The notes: generated by a model from the sequence alone, not told the origin. Positions 1-10,378 are shown, numbered from the stretch's first letter. The stretch is DNA of 64,000 nt from a virus (IMGVR_UViG_3300037420_001376:1-64000); one strand, 5' to 3'. Numbers and translations: made by a program.

Positions 1-65
1 TAAACGCACGAGCGCCGATTCGTATTACGCAGCCCTGACAGGTACCTCAAATAAAAGACATTAGT

Positions 66-401
66 CTATGATGGTGCTTCCATCTGGGATGGATTTGCAG
101 TTTGCCAATTTTCATTCACTAGCGAGCGCGCTTCATCTAAAGTGATATTTAAACCACGCACCATATCGTTTACCACAGTATTTTTGATATCTTCCACAGA
201 CATATTTGCAGGATCAAAGGCGTCATAAGGCACACCTGTTGCCGCTTCTGCCAATGCCCGCCACTGGACATCACGCCTAGCGAAAGCGATAACCTGCTTT
301 TCTAATGCAGCAATATAAATTTTCTGTCGTATATCAGATACTAGGTCTAATGATGGGTTGCGCAATTGTGTTGACTGCACGGGGCGTTCCATGGGTAACA
401 T
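66..401 (-). CDS. hypothetical protein downstream of lysis cassette
   Basis: 111-aa ORF, AGGAG RBS upstream of ATG, in line with operon. Confidence 0.8.
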   Translation of the reverse strand: MLPMERPVQSTQLRNPSLDLVSDIRQKIYIAALEKQVIAFARRDVQWRALAEAATGVPYDAFDPANMSVEDIKNTVVNDMVRGLNITLDEARSLVNENWQTANPSQMEAPS

Positions 402-412
402 TTTTCTCCTAA

Positions 413-736
413 TTAAATAGCTGTCTTCGCAGCATTATTAGCGTCATGCAAACGCCTCTTAGCGTTAGGCCCAATGTCGCTTTCCTCTATAATTTCGTCC
501 AAAACATCTGTTAATTTTATAAAGGCTTTACGTAGGTCTTTGTTTTCTTTATCTAAACGTGCATTAGTTTTCTCAAGGCGATCAATTAATCCACCAGCGG
601 CTTGAGTTACTAGGTCTGCTGCGCTAGCGCGTGATTCACCTTTTTTGGAAAAAGCATTAATAAGCGCAACTGCAACACTGGCTAACAGTGCACCGAGGCC
701 ACCTGAAATTAGAGAATTAAGAACTTGATTCATCAT
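413..736 (-). CDS. membrane protein (N-terminal TM plus coiled coil), lysis-associated
   Basis: Hydrophobic LISGGLGALLASVAVALINAF followed by heptad-like LIDRLEKTNARLDKENKDLRK. Confidence 0.75.
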   Translation of the reverse strand: MMNQVLNSLISGGLGALLASVAVALINAFSKKGESRASAADLVTQAAGGLIDRLEKTNARLDKENKDLRKAFIKLTDVLDEIIEESDIGPNAKRRLHDANNAAKTAI

Positions 737-1223
737 TTTCCCTATTTTCTTTATTAACTTGTATGGCCTCTGCTACTCGCTCAGTAAGAACCAGCTTCCA
801 TGAATCACGCATAATAAGGACAATCAAAAACCACCAAATGGTAGTGAATACCCATGAGGCATAGACTTCAGAGGCAATAGCATCGATATTTTGAGCAATT
901 GCTATTAAGAATGAAGAAAAACTAGCAAACTGCCCAACGTCTGCGCCTAGCCTTAACCATAAACCCATATACCTTAATTTTCCTGGAAACTTTTTTATAA
1001 GTAACCAAGATAAAAAAGCTAGTGGAGGGCACAAGACACTTAGAACTACCCACCAAAAAAATGTTGGGTCTTCGCCAAAGTTAGGGTGATATATTCCAGC
1101 AAAAAGAATAAGTATCGCTGCAATAAAGAACCCTAGATACAGAATTGGCTGAAAAGGTAAAACCCTCCAATTAACGGAAAAGTAAACATTTCCACGATTG
1201 ACAAGCTTTTTCAGCCAATTCAT
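717..1223 (-). CDS. multi-pass membrane protein, lysis-associated
   Basis: About four hydrophobic segments; overlaps both neighbours. Confidence 0.75.
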   Translation of the reverse strand: MNWLKKLVNRGNVYFSVNWRVLPFQPILYLGFFIAAILILFAGIYHPNFGEDPTFFWWVVLSVLCPPLAFLSWLLIKKFPGKLRYMGLWLRLGADVGQFASFSSFLIAIAQNIDAIASEVYASWVFTTIWWFLIVLIMRDSWKLVLTERVAEAIQVNKENRENDESSS

Positions 1224-1483
1224 AGTATCCCTAAACTACCTAAACCCAATATCCCTCCGATACCACAAAGCAAACCTCGACATCGACTGCCACCGTGACC
1301 ACGATTTTCACCTAATATAAATTCGTCACACTGGTCACGATCCCATACGTGAACATTTGAATTAGGACATTCAATAATTGGTTTTGGTGGTGGAGCTAAG
1401 GGTTGATACGGTTCAGCATGTGAAACCGAAATAGTAGTGGGGGCAAGCGTTGCCACCAATACTATTCCAATAAATTTCTTCAC
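1220..1483 (-). CDS. small putative secreted protein
   Basis: Signal-peptide-like MKKFIGIVLVATLAPTTISVSHA|EP, four Cys, hydrophobic Gly-rich C-terminus. Confidence 0.65.
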   Translation of the reverse strand: MKKFIGIVLVATLAPTTISVSHAEPYQPLAPPPKPIIECPNSNVHVWDRDQCDEFILGENRGHGGSRCRGLLCGIGGILGLGSLGIL

Positions 1484-1508
1484 GCATCGTTGCCTGTCTT
1501 AACCTGAG

Positions 1509-1787
1509 TTAACGATCTTGCTTCCATTTATCAAGAAGAGCCATAAGATCGGACAAAGAAACATCGCCCTTCTCAATAGCAAGATCAATAGTATCCACAG
1601 TTTGCCTATTACGAACCAGATAGGCCACAACACCAGCTAAAATTGAAGACCCTGCTGTAACTGCGCCTAAAACTCCCGGCGGGACAACAGCAGTTACATC
1701 TGGATCAACAGCAACCGTTGCTAATGTTCCTGAAATTGGTGCTAGAAAAGCGATAAATGCTTTTACCCATGTTCCTAATTTTGGCAT
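1509..1787 (-). CDS. holin (putative)
   Basis: 92 aa, two TM segments, charged C-terminus, directly after lysin B. Confidence 0.7.
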   Translation of the reverse strand: MPKLGTWVKAFIAFLAPISGTLATVAVDPDVTAVVPPGVLGAVTAGSSILAGVVAYLVRNRQTVDTIDLAIEKGDVSLSDLMALLDKWKQDR

Positions 1788-1802
1788 TTCATTTTCCTTT
1801 CG

Positions 1803-3113
1803 TTACCTTGTGAAACTAGCGATGTGATTAAAAGCTTGATCCATCATAAAAGGATCAAACGGATAATTACCATGCGCTTGTAATCCTGGTAATGCAGCAA
1901 TTAACTGAATTAAACCAGGAATGTTTTCTAAAACTCCGGTGGGAGATAAAAGATATTCCAGTTTATTTGTCGTCTCTATGTCAATATTTGATCCAGCCAG
2001 CCCCAATAGATTCCCCATTTGAGGATCATTGGCGACACCTTGTAAACCATTTATCATTCCTAAGCCAAGCTGAACCATGGGTCCAAACCCGCCAAGCAAA
2101 GGACCAATAAACGGTATAAAGGTGGCTGCCCATTTCATAATAATGGGAACTGCAATACGTATCACATGGACGAAATAGGGCAACTCCATTTCAGAAGTGA
2201 CAATTTCCGCATAAAACGTTGGCCGAATATTATCACTCAATGGAACTTTTGCGTAAAAATCATTATCGTAGTTGACGTTTCGCACTTTACGCGCTAACCA
2301 GGGGGAGCGAGTTTTACGTGCGATTCCGGTAATCGGTGTGGAAGGGTTACCGAAGTTAACAACAAGCTTTAGTGTATGTCGAATGAGACGATATTTACCC
2401 GGCGCACTTGGCGTTTGAGTTGGATCACCAGGATGGATAAATCCACCATCACCATAAATATATTCACATGCCTCTTCTACACCCTGTGCAGACTGTGAAT
2501 AGCCGGAATGATGATGCTCAAATTCTAAGTTCTGCGCAATCTCTACTAGCTGAGAGTCTGTGACATCTTCTTCTCGCCAACCTTTTTTGGCCAAGTATGC
2601 ATAAGCCAAACGCATTGCTTCTTGAGCATCAGCATTGTTGTCTAGGAATGATAAAATTGCATGGTACTGATCCCAGATAACTTCATTGTAGCTAAATGCA
2701 GGGTTGCCGCCCAATAGACCTAAATAACCACCTTTTTGAAAACGCATCATTTGGTGGTTAAGTTTTAATACGTCTCGGCACCTATCGCCTAAATCATGAC
2801 TTGGGCCAAGTTCTGCATCGGCACCAGAACCGGGCGAACTGGTAATCCAAATTTTTCTACGTGGTGCAACCACTGGCGGGGATTGTGTTCCCGGCCAAGT
2901 ATAATGCACGGCAGCGGCAGTACGATCCCCAAATACACCGTCAATAACAATACCGAGACGACGCTGCATTTCACGGACAAATAAATCTTCGCCATTACCG
3001 AAGTAGCCGTCGCGTGCGCCAAGCAGAAAATTATATGACTTGGCATATTTGAATGCCCAATCATACCAAGGATAATATAGTGGCCCTTGATAGCCTTTTT
3101 TAAGTTCAGGCAT
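1803..3113 (-). CDS. lysB: lysin B (mycolylarabinogalactan esterase-like)
   Basis: N-terminal PG-binding-like repeat (VREMQRRLGIVIDGVFGDRT), G-Y-S-Q-S nucleophile motif, follows lysin A. Confidence 0.85.
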   Translation of the reverse strand: MPELKKGYQGPLYYPWYDWAFKYAKSYNFLLGARDGYFGNGEDLFVREMQRRLGIVIDGVFGDRTAAAVHYTWPGTQSPPVVAPRRKIWITSSPGSGADAELGPSHDLGDRCRDVLKLNHQMMRFQKGGYLGLLGGNPAFSYNEVIWDQYHAILSFLDNNADAQEAMRLAYAYLAKKGWREEDVTDSQLVEIAQNLEFEHHHSGYSQSAQGVEEACEYIYGDGGFIHPGDPTQTPSAPGKYRLIRHTLKLVVNFGNPSTPITGIARKTRSPWLARKVRNVNYDNDFYAKVPLSDNIRPTFYAEIVTSEMELPYFVHVIRIAVPIIMKWAATFIPFIGPLLGGFGPMVQLGLGMINGLQGVANDPQMGNLLGLAGSNIDIETTNKLEYLLSPTGVLENIPGLIQLIAALPGLQAHGNYPFDPFMMDQAFNHIASFTR

Positions 3114-3913
3114 TAGAGTTTAATTCCATATACAGCTAAACGTGCACGGGTAACAGGGCCAACAATTCCATCAACGGCTCCGCATTGACCATCGCGCGCC
3201 TGGAATTCTTTAACTGCAGATTCGGTTTTAGGTCCGAAATCACCGTCAACAGCCAACGGCATTGCTTTATAACGCGGGAAAACTTTGTTCATTTTATCTT
3301 GCAGGGCAGCCACCTGATTACCGTGAGAGCCATACTGCAAAAGCGTTTCATCGCCGGGTTCCGTCGGTGTCACAACAACAGGTGGTGGCGGGGTACCTGA
3401 GAAAATCCCTAAATATCCACCAAGCAGTTTATCTGCAAACTCACGATTAAGTGGGTTAGACTCTGCCAGATTTAATTGGAAATGCATGGGATCTTTCGGA
3501 GAATTCCAATCCTGACCCCACCAAATCATCTGTGCACCCTTGTAGGTAAACAGACGCAATCCCTCACGACATTTAGAGATTTCAACTGGGCTGAAACCAG
3601 AATAAGAAACTCGAAAATTATGCTCAGACCAGTTTAAATCAGCAGCGGTTCCACTAAGATGATTTGAATTTCCAACATCATTTGTCCACGTAAATGAACC
3701 CTCATCGGTATAACCACGCCCGGGATTATTTAAATTCTCGACATTACGATTAAACCATGAGAGCCAAGCGCGCATAATATCATTCGCAGCGCCTTTACGA
3801 AATGGCAAACGAAGACCACTGCCGGGAATTTCCATTGTGTCGCATTCGGCGGCGTCACACATACGCCAACCATTTTCAGAATATGAATATCCGTAAACGG
3901 TACGAAAACCCAT
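3113..3913 (-). CDS. lysA: lysin A endolysin (M15-type peptidase plus PG-binding domain)
   Basis: Mycobacteriophage-type N-terminus (SENGW), SNHLSGTAAD and DPMHFQ Zn motifs, C-terminal DGDFGPKT/DGIVGPVT PG-binding repeats. Confidence 0.9.
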   Translation of the reverse strand: MGFRTVYGYSYSENGWRMCDAAECDTMEIPGSGLRLPFRKGAANDIMRAWLSWFNRNVENLNNPGRGYTDEGSFTWTNDVGNSNHLSGTAADLNWSEHNFRVSYSGFSPVEISKCREGLRLFTYKGAQMIWWGQDWNSPKDPMHFQLNLAESNPLNREFADKLLGGYLGIFSGTPPPPVVVTPTEPGDETLLQYGSHGNQVAALQDKMNKVFPRYKAMPLAVDGDFGPKTESAVKEFQARDGQCGAVDGIVGPVTRARLAVYGIKL

Positions 3914-3978
3914 AACAAAACCTACTTTCGTCCTATTGCCCTAGACTAGCCCACTGACCAGCACAAACCGCTTAACCT

Positions 3979-4155
3979 CTACGGCGTGTCGCCATCAACA
4001 TTGATCCGGCCTGCCCTTAAGAGATAGATTTTGGCAGCCTGTAACCATTCGTTATGGTAGTTAACTATCTCTGTTTTCTTCTTATCCTCATTTTCCTTGT
4101 ACTGAGAAAAGAATGCACTTTCAGCCGAAATTACAGATGGGCCGTTGCCTTTCAT
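3979..4155 (-). CDS. small hypothetical protein (58 aa, not in ORF track)
   Basis: Manual translation MKGNGPSVISAESAFF...; ATG overlaps upstream TAA (TAATG). Confidence 0.6.
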   Translation of the reverse strand: MKGNGPSVISAESAFFSQYKENEDKKKTEIVNYHNEWLQAAKIYLLRAGRINVDGDTP

Positions 4156-5621
4156 TACGCTACCCTCGCTAACCTCTTGGAACTAACAGGAATCTTTGCC
4201 ATTTCTTGAGCAATTCTGGTTCCATAATATTTCTTACCAAGATAGTTCATATGGATTCCATTTGGGCCAATTAGCCTGCCCTGCTGGCTTGTCCCTGTTG
4301 GACTGTTATTGCCGGTTCCTGTGGTCCAATCGATTGGGTTTAATGGATCAATGAAAAATGCTTTAGAAGTTTCCATGACAGCATCAATTTGTCCCAATCT
4401 ATTTTTATCATGATTGGTTCCTGGATCAACCTCAGTACCAAAAACTTTAAATGGCTCAGGTCCAACCTGAATAATTGGAACTAAAGCGTCCACTGCACGA
4501 ATTCTTGAATATCCTGCCAATGCTCTAGTGTGCATACCTGATTGGCAGTTGGCTAAAACCCCACCACCGGATAAAGTACCATCATTTTGGGTGCCATTAA
4601 TTATATATGCAGATAGCAATTTATTCATGTAATAAGTATTAGTCCAGTTGAACCTTTGATCCGAAAGAAAGACCGAAGTTCCATTTACCACTTCACCAAC
4701 TGTGTGAGCCTGTCCATCATTAGCATTAAAGAACCCTGTCCCGCCACAGCCACCACGAATTAACCAAAAAGTTGTGGCTTCCATTATTGCTGTAACAATG
4801 TCGAAAGTCTGAAAATCGGTCATGCCATTTGCATTACCGCTGTTCCAAATAGCATCGTCATAAGCGCCATTTGATGCCTCGAAATAGGAATCGCCATCTG
4901 TAAAACCAATTGGCCTATCTAACGGTGGCGCGTAGGTCACTGTGGCCGCGTCAACCCAAACACCGTGGAACCAGGCGTGTCCCGGCAGGATAACCCTCAC
5001 TCGCCACACTCGGGCCTCGGCGAATTCCACATGGCGATAGGCTGTAATCGCATTAACACATAAAGGCAAATCTCTTAACTTCTGTAATTCGCCATCAATA
5101 TATACATAAATCTGACAGTCAAATTTGTTATTCCCGGTATAACCAGTGTAGTGTTTCCATTGCAAACTGAAGCGTTTACCCACAATCACAAACTCAAACT
5201 CATGGGTTGATCCATAGAAATTTGGCGTTGCAAAATGAGTTCGTGGCGTTGATTTATTAATGCACGGCGTATTAGGCGATGACGGTGGAGACATTTCTGC
5301 ACCCACTGCCACCCAATTACAGGGCGGTGCAGAAAATACACCGGAATTCCAGCCATAAAAAGTCGGGGTGACATATCCCGTCATTTCAGTAGCCGGTACA
5401 GTAGTGTTGATAACATCTTTAACTACCGGACTTCCAGCAGCACCGGGAATAGGCGTTACAAATTTTTGAACTGGCTGCATTTGGCTGCCAAGCATTATGT
5501 CTGACGTCCCAGACCCGCCACCGACAACTAACGAATCAGCATAAGTTTTTGGTACTAAATGCTGATCTGCCGTAGGACTTAAAGGCATGGTGACTCTTGA
5601 ATGTGCCTCGATTGCACTCAT
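4155..5621 (-). CDS. tail-associated SGNH/GDSL hydrolase-domain protein
   Basis: GDSY, GTQND and GIHMN blocks; start moved to ATG 5621 next to upstream stop. Confidence 0.7.
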   Translation of the reverse strand: MSAIEAHSRVTMPLSPTADQHLVPKTYADSLVVGGGSGTSDIMLGSQMQPVQKFVTPIPGAAGSPVVKDVINTTVPATEMTGYVTPTFYGWNSGVFSAPPCNWVAVGAEMSPPSSPNTPCINKSTPRTHFATPNFYGSTHEFEFVIVGKRFSLQWKHYTGYTGNNKFDCQIYVYIDGELQKLRDLPLCVNAITAYRHVEFAEARVWRVRVILPGHAWFHGVWVDAATVTYAPPLDRPIGFTDGDSYFEASNGAYDDAIWNSGNANGMTDFQTFDIVTAIMEATTFWLIRGGCGGTGFFNANDGQAHTVGEVVNGTSVFLSDQRFNWTNTYYMNKLLSAYIINGTQNDGTLSGGGVLANCQSGMHTRALAGYSRIRAVDALVPIIQVGPEPFKVFGTEVDPGTNHDKNRLGQIDAVMETSKAFFIDPLNPIDWTTGTGNNSPTGTSQQGRLIGPNGIHMNYLGKKYYGTRIAQEMAKIPVSSKRLARVA

Positions 5622-5622
5622 G

Positions 5623-8196
5623 TTATGCCGCCTTTTGCAACAGAACCGAAGCTGCCGCGTTGTAGTGACTATTAGAGGATGTCGTAAACGATGGGTTAGC
5701 AGTAACGCTTGCTTCACCAATTAAGATGTAGTCGGCCAAACCATTGACAGCAGCACCGGCAGAATGTCGAGTTGTCTTGTTGAATCCTGCTGGCGCGCTG
5801 TTGAATACAGCACCCAGCAAGGCAAAGTCATCAACTGTGACACCTGTCGTTGCTACGCTTAATGCACCCGTGACGTTAGCCCCGGTACAGGTATTAATTG
5901 TTACCGCGCCAACTCCGCTGTAAGAAAGCGATTGCGCTTTAACCGAAGCGAAAGTATTTCCATCTTGCACGTGCACGGTTAATACGTGAGCACCGGCAAT
6001 TGGGTTCATTAAATAGAACCAGTGGAAGCTACCCTGTTTCTGTCCGCTTGGCCCAATATCATCGACAGGACTTGGACTCAAATGGGTAAAGTTAGTAGTA
6101 ATCCCATTGCCAACATTTGATGTAACGGTAAACGTATCAATTGATGTTTGGCTCATCCAGCTAGCATGAGACACTGCAACACCAACCAGCAAAACACTAT
6201 TGGTTAAGCCAGCTCCAACAGTGTGATTAACCGTTCCTGTTTTATTGGTGCCTGCTGTGTCATCTTGTAGTGATGTGGTGCCGACTGAATCAAAGGTAAC
6301 AGGCCCGCTGCCACCAGCAGCATTTGTTGTTACCGAAACTGTATTAGAGAATGGACTTTCAAGTCCTTGTGCATCAACGGCAGTAGCATTTAATTGCGAA
6401 TATGTTGTTGATGCCGTTAACCCGGTATAGCTGTAGTTTGGCCCGGCAACAGGCCCACCGGTGGTAACTCGATCACCATTATTATAAAAGTGATATCCGG
6501 TAACCCCCACGTTATCTGTTGCGCCAGAAACGCTAACAGTAATTGTTGTAGAAGTATGGGAAACCTCGGCTAATGTTGGCGCTGTTGGTGCTTCGGTGTC
6601 GCCAATAGCAGTGCCACCAGAGCTTCCCAATTGCACATCTAGTTTACGAGCCAATAAATCACCAAAGAACGCATGACCAAAGTTGTTCATATGAACACTG
6701 ACGTCATACATAAAGTTACGGAAATCAGAACGATCACTGTCGTATCCGATTCCAATTTGCTTAAAGTCCTGTGTGCAGTCGACAAACAAACGCTTATTTG
6801 GGTCATCGGCTACAATATCTTTAACCATATTCGCATAAGTGTCCCAGGTGATTGTTTTACCACCCTGGTCCCAACGAGGATAAATATGCAAAAAGATATG
6901 TAAAACAGGGGTTGTCGCTGCGGCGTCAATAGCCGCCACACGAGCCTCAATATTTGCCTTTGACGTGGCGGGGTCAGTTTGGTTATACCAGTCCCAGGCA
7001 TCCGCTTGATGAATAACAACAGCCGGATTTAAATGTCCAATATCTGTTGCATTTCTAGCACCAGCAGTTAATGTAATATAAGTAGTAGAAGTTGCACCAC
7101 CTAAGCCGAGATTAACGCCTAAAATTCCTTGAGGCAAAGTTCCTGTTGGAATTGACGTGACTACTGCCGGGTGTGTTCCTGCGTCTCGCGGATAAGCGTC
7201 TTGGAAAGCCTTAATTAATCTATTAAAAAACCTAGCTGCTGCAGAGGTTGCAGCTTGACCTTCTGTTGTGGAAGAGCCGCAAGCAACGATTGTGCAAGTC
7301 CTCGACAACTTTGCCATAGCTAATGCTGAATGCATTTTTGCTAAAACAGGGCTGCTAAAAGCCGACGTACCACTACTGCCACCTGAGCCAGCAGACGCAT
7401 CAATAGCGTTTTTTACGGCTAAAGAAGTCGGTATAGTTGTATTATTTGGGTTTGCCGCAATTCCCTCAGACGAAAGAACAACCATAGCCGGGTCAAGTTT
7501 TGCCAAGGTAATACTACCGTCGGCAACAGAGCCACCACTTGGCAAATCAACCGTGGCAACCATTTTTGAAACAACGACACGAAATTGATCTACTGTCCAA
7601 GTAGTGTCTGGTTTTAAGGTTACAGTGTTTGTTGTAGTGCGCTCAACATAAACTAACTTGATTTCATCCCACGGACTGGTTGTACGATAAACAGTTACAT
7701 GGACATCACGAGTTCCGAGATTATGTGTAATAGTAACTGGATCAGTTGTCCCTATTCCAGCATTTGCCGCATATCCAACTGCAGTTCCACCACCACCACC
7801 GGAACCCGTTGGAACATCGGCAATACTAATTGCACCAATTGCATCTCGTGCACTTTGAGCATCTGTTGAATCTAATAAAGCATTGACTTGGGTACTAAGT
7901 CCCGAAATGTCGCCTTTATCATGAGTGTGTGCAGATGGTGGAAAAGCAGTTGGTTTATCCTCAATCGCATCCCATGTAGCAGGCCCGCCACCTTCGCCAC
8001 CACCAGGCTGTAGGGCTGTGTTGGCCCTGTTGATGGCCGTTTGAACGGCAGCATCCATATCGGTTGCTGGAATACCGGGAGATGGCTTTGAATATTTTGC
8101 ATTTGCCGTTGACTGAGCAGTATTGACATCTGTGCCAAGTTGATTAAGTTTGGCAGCAGTTACTTGTTCACCGTCAACCCAATCAGTTTTTGCCAC
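5623..8196 (-). CDS. minor tail / receptor-binding protein with SGNH-like and FN3 domains
   Basis: CGSSTT and VHMN blocks, FN3-like segment (APTAPT...DNVGVTGY...YSYTGL), Gly-rich linkers. Confidence 0.75.
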   Translation of the reverse strand: MAKTDWVDGEQVTAAKLNQLGTDVNTAQSTANAKYSKPSPGIPATDMDAAVQTAINRANTALQPGGGEGGGPATWDAIEDKPTAFPPSAHTHDKGDISGLSTQVNALLDSTDAQSARDAIGAISIADVPTGSGGGGGTAVGYAANAGIGTTDPVTITHNLGTRDVHVTVYRTTSPWDEIKLVYVERTTTNTVTLKPDTTWTVDQFRVVVSKMVATVDLPSGGSVADGSITLAKLDPAMVVLSSEGIAANPNNTTIPTSLAVKNAIDASAGSGGSSGTSAFSSPVLAKMHSALAMAKLSRTCTIVACGSSTTEGQAATSAAARFFNRLIKAFQDAYPRDAGTHPAVVTSIPTGTLPQGILGVNLGLGGATSTTYITLTAGARNATDIGHLNPAVVIHQADAWDWYNQTDPATSKANIEARVAAIDAAATTPVLHIFLHIYPRWDQGGKTITWDTYANMVKDIVADDPNKRLFVDCTQDFKQIGIGYDSDRSDFRNFMYDVSVHMNNFGHAFFGDLLARKLDVQLGSSGGTAIGDTEAPTAPTLAEVSHTSTTITVSVSGATDNVGVTGYHFYNNGDRVTTGGPVAGPNYSYTGLTASTTYSQLNATAVDAQGLESPFSNTVSVTTNAAGGSGPVTFDSVGTTSLQDDTAGTNKTGTVNHTVGAGLTNSVLLVGVAVSHASWMSQTSIDTFTVTSNVGNGITTNFTHLSPSPVDDIGPSGQKQGSFHWFYLMNPIAGAHVLTVHVQDGNTFASVKAQSLSYSGVGAVTINTCTGANVTGALSVATTGVTVDDFALLGAVFNSAPAGFNKTTRHSAGAAVNGLADYILIGEASVTANPSFTTSSNSHYNAAASVLLQKAA

Positions 8197-8486
8197 TAGT
8201 TACTCCCGTATCGTTGTTGGTAATCGTCCTGAGTCATACTTTCAATATTGGTGCCAATCATCACAATCACTTGGCCAATATTAGCTTTATAGGATCTAAC
8301 ATCAGCGCCTTGTCCTGAGACAATTTGAATTGTGTGAGTCCTCTCACCCGTTGGCGTTTCAGGCCCGTTATCTAAAATTACGCTATAGTTCATTTGGTGA
8401 AAATCAACATAAGCTTCATGCATTTTTTCTATGCTGTCTAACACCCAGCGCTTAAAGGTAAGTTCCGCTGTAATTTCTTCAGCCAT
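8196..8486 (-). CDS. small minor tail protein
   Basis: Coupled ORF inside tail-tip cluster. Confidence 0.65.
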   Translation of the reverse strand: MAEEITAELTFKRWVLDSIEKMHEAYVDFHQMNYSVILDNGPETPTGERTHTIQIVSGQGADVRSYKANIGQVIVMIGTNIESMTQDDYQQRYGSN

Positions 8487-10378
8487 TACGCTATCTTTCT
8501 ATCGGATGCAGCAAACACACCAACATCTGCTGGTTTTCTTTGGAAATAAAGCCAATATGCAATAGCGACACCGGCAACTCTTGTCATTGCCGGGAAGCGA
8601 TAGCTGGCTCCAAGAGCTGAAACATTACCTGTATCAGTTTTATCTAATACTGTCAGACCATTGCGCAAGAATAATAACTGCCGGTTATGGACTGACGTAC
8701 CAAAACGGAATTCAAGTGTGTCTCCGTCATTTAAAGTAATGCCGGTAACAGGTGTGCCAATTTGTGTATAGGTGCCTGCTACAGAGCACCCGGCAACTAA
8801 AGTAAAAGGGCCATCGAAATTTCTTGTTATCGAGACTTCTACCCACGTATCTTTAGCAGAATTCATTCTACCTTGTAACTTAATTACGGGAGGTGTGGGA
8901 TTAGCAAATTCCATTGCCTGGTTCCACACAATTGCTACAGTCCCAAAATCAGTGCCTAATGGAGTATTGTGCTTTTCTAAAACTCCACGCCACGCGGCAC
9001 CATTTTCATTCCAACTAAGATTTCCCTGTCCGTCAATGCCATCATTTCCAGCACCAGGACCAAAATAGACCGTTTCAAAACTTGATGGCGGCGAAGACGA
9101 TTGCGCGCCATTAAAGTCCTCAACTACAGTCACACCACCGGTCGCATTGCTACCATTTAATGTTGCCCAAATCGCGGTGACTTGTGAGTTAGCAGTATTA
9201 GCTGAACCCTGAGCGTTATTTCCGATTCCTAAAAGTCCATTGATTACATCAAAGATAGGCTTGATATAATCGCCAATAAATGGCAGCCCCTCAAAGGCCG
9301 ACTCAATAGTTAGAATAATATCGGAAACAATTTTTGGTGCCTGGAAATCTGGAAGTAATCCTGTTATCGGGTCTAGCCAAGCCAACAAACCTGTCGGCTT
9401 GAACATTACGTCAATAACGGTTTTCCAGATTTCTAGTGGATTAAAGTCTCCATTTAGCCATCCGGTGATATTAAATAGCTGCAGGAAATTATAGACAAAC
9501 ATCAAGATGGGGTTAGCCCCACCTTCACCCAAAGTAAATGGAAGATTGAGCGGTAAGTTGTTGGCAAAATTTATTACAGCATTTGGGAAGCTTGTTATAA
9601 GTGAAACCAAGTCGGCCCAAAAGTCAATCACATCAACAATCAGATTGACAAAGGGGATGCTCCACTGAGCAATAATGTGGAAAACTGCCGTGAAATCAGG
9701 TAACTCAACGCCATCGAGTGCAGCAGATATTGCATCCCAAATAGGCTTTAATGGACCAAAGAAATCTCCAATGCCTTCGATATTATCAATATCAATATTA
9801 AAGGCGTCAAAGAAGGCATCTATGGCTGCTGCAATCGGGCTTAAGATATCCCGAATTTCGCTAATAATTACGGCTAATTGCTGAAGAGCTTGCCCAACAA
9901 TCGGAACTTCGCCAAAGATATCAAGAATAGAGGCGATTGCTCCGTCGATAATAAAGTCCATAAGGTCTTTAAAGTTATCAACCGGAACAATATAGGTTGA
10001 AAAGAAATGCCATGCAGCTTGAAAAAGGTTTATTGGCAATACGCCTTGGTCAAACCCAAATAAAGCTCCAACAGCCTGCAACAAATATTTTAAATCACCG
10101 AAATCTAAGCCGGTATCCCCGCCACCACCTAGCAGCACAAGAAAGTCAGTGAGCAGACTTTGAATTTGCTGAACAAAGTTTTGATTTGCCTCGTCAATGC
10201 CTTTCTGCATTTTGCGCATCATGCCGCCCATAAACGACACGTCGCCAACGAGTTTAGAAACTACCTTTGTCTGATCCCGATAATCATAGGATTCGGGTGT
10301 AATTTTACCTAGTGCCCGTAAAGTTGGAGACTGATAGCTATAGCCTCCGTAAAGTCCTGGAATTCCACCGGCTGTCAT
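8486..10378 (-). CDS. minor tail protein
   Basis: 630 aa, amphipathic helical N-half and beta-rich C-half, typical actinophage post-hub position. Confidence 0.75.
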   Translation of the reverse strand: MTAGGIPGLYGGYSYQSPTLRALGKITPESYDYRDQTKVVSKLVGDVSFMGGMMRKMQKGIDEANQNFVQQIQSLLTDFLVLLGGGGDTGLDFGDLKYLLQAVGALFGFDQGVLPINLFQAAWHFFSTYIVPVDNFKDLMDFIIDGAIASILDIFGEVPIVGQALQQLAVIISEIRDILSPIAAAIDAFFDAFNIDIDNIEGIGDFFGPLKPIWDAISAALDGVELPDFTAVFHIIAQWSIPFVNLIVDVIDFWADLVSLITSFPNAVINFANNLPLNLPFTLGEGGANPILMFVYNFLQLFNITGWLNGDFNPLEIWKTVIDVMFKPTGLLAWLDPITGLLPDFQAPKIVSDIILTIESAFEGLPFIGDYIKPIFDVINGLLGIGNNAQGSANTANSQVTAIWATLNGSNATGGVTVVEDFNGAQSSSPPSSFETVYFGPGAGNDGIDGQGNLSWNENGAAWRGVLEKHNTPLGTDFGTVAIVWNQAMEFANPTPPVIKLQGRMNSAKDTWVEVSITRNFDGPFTLVAGCSVAGTYTQIGTPVTGITLNDGDTLEFRFGTSVHNRQLLFLRNGLTVLDKTDTGNVSALGASYRFPAMTRVAGVAIAYWLYFQRKPADVGVFAASDRKIA

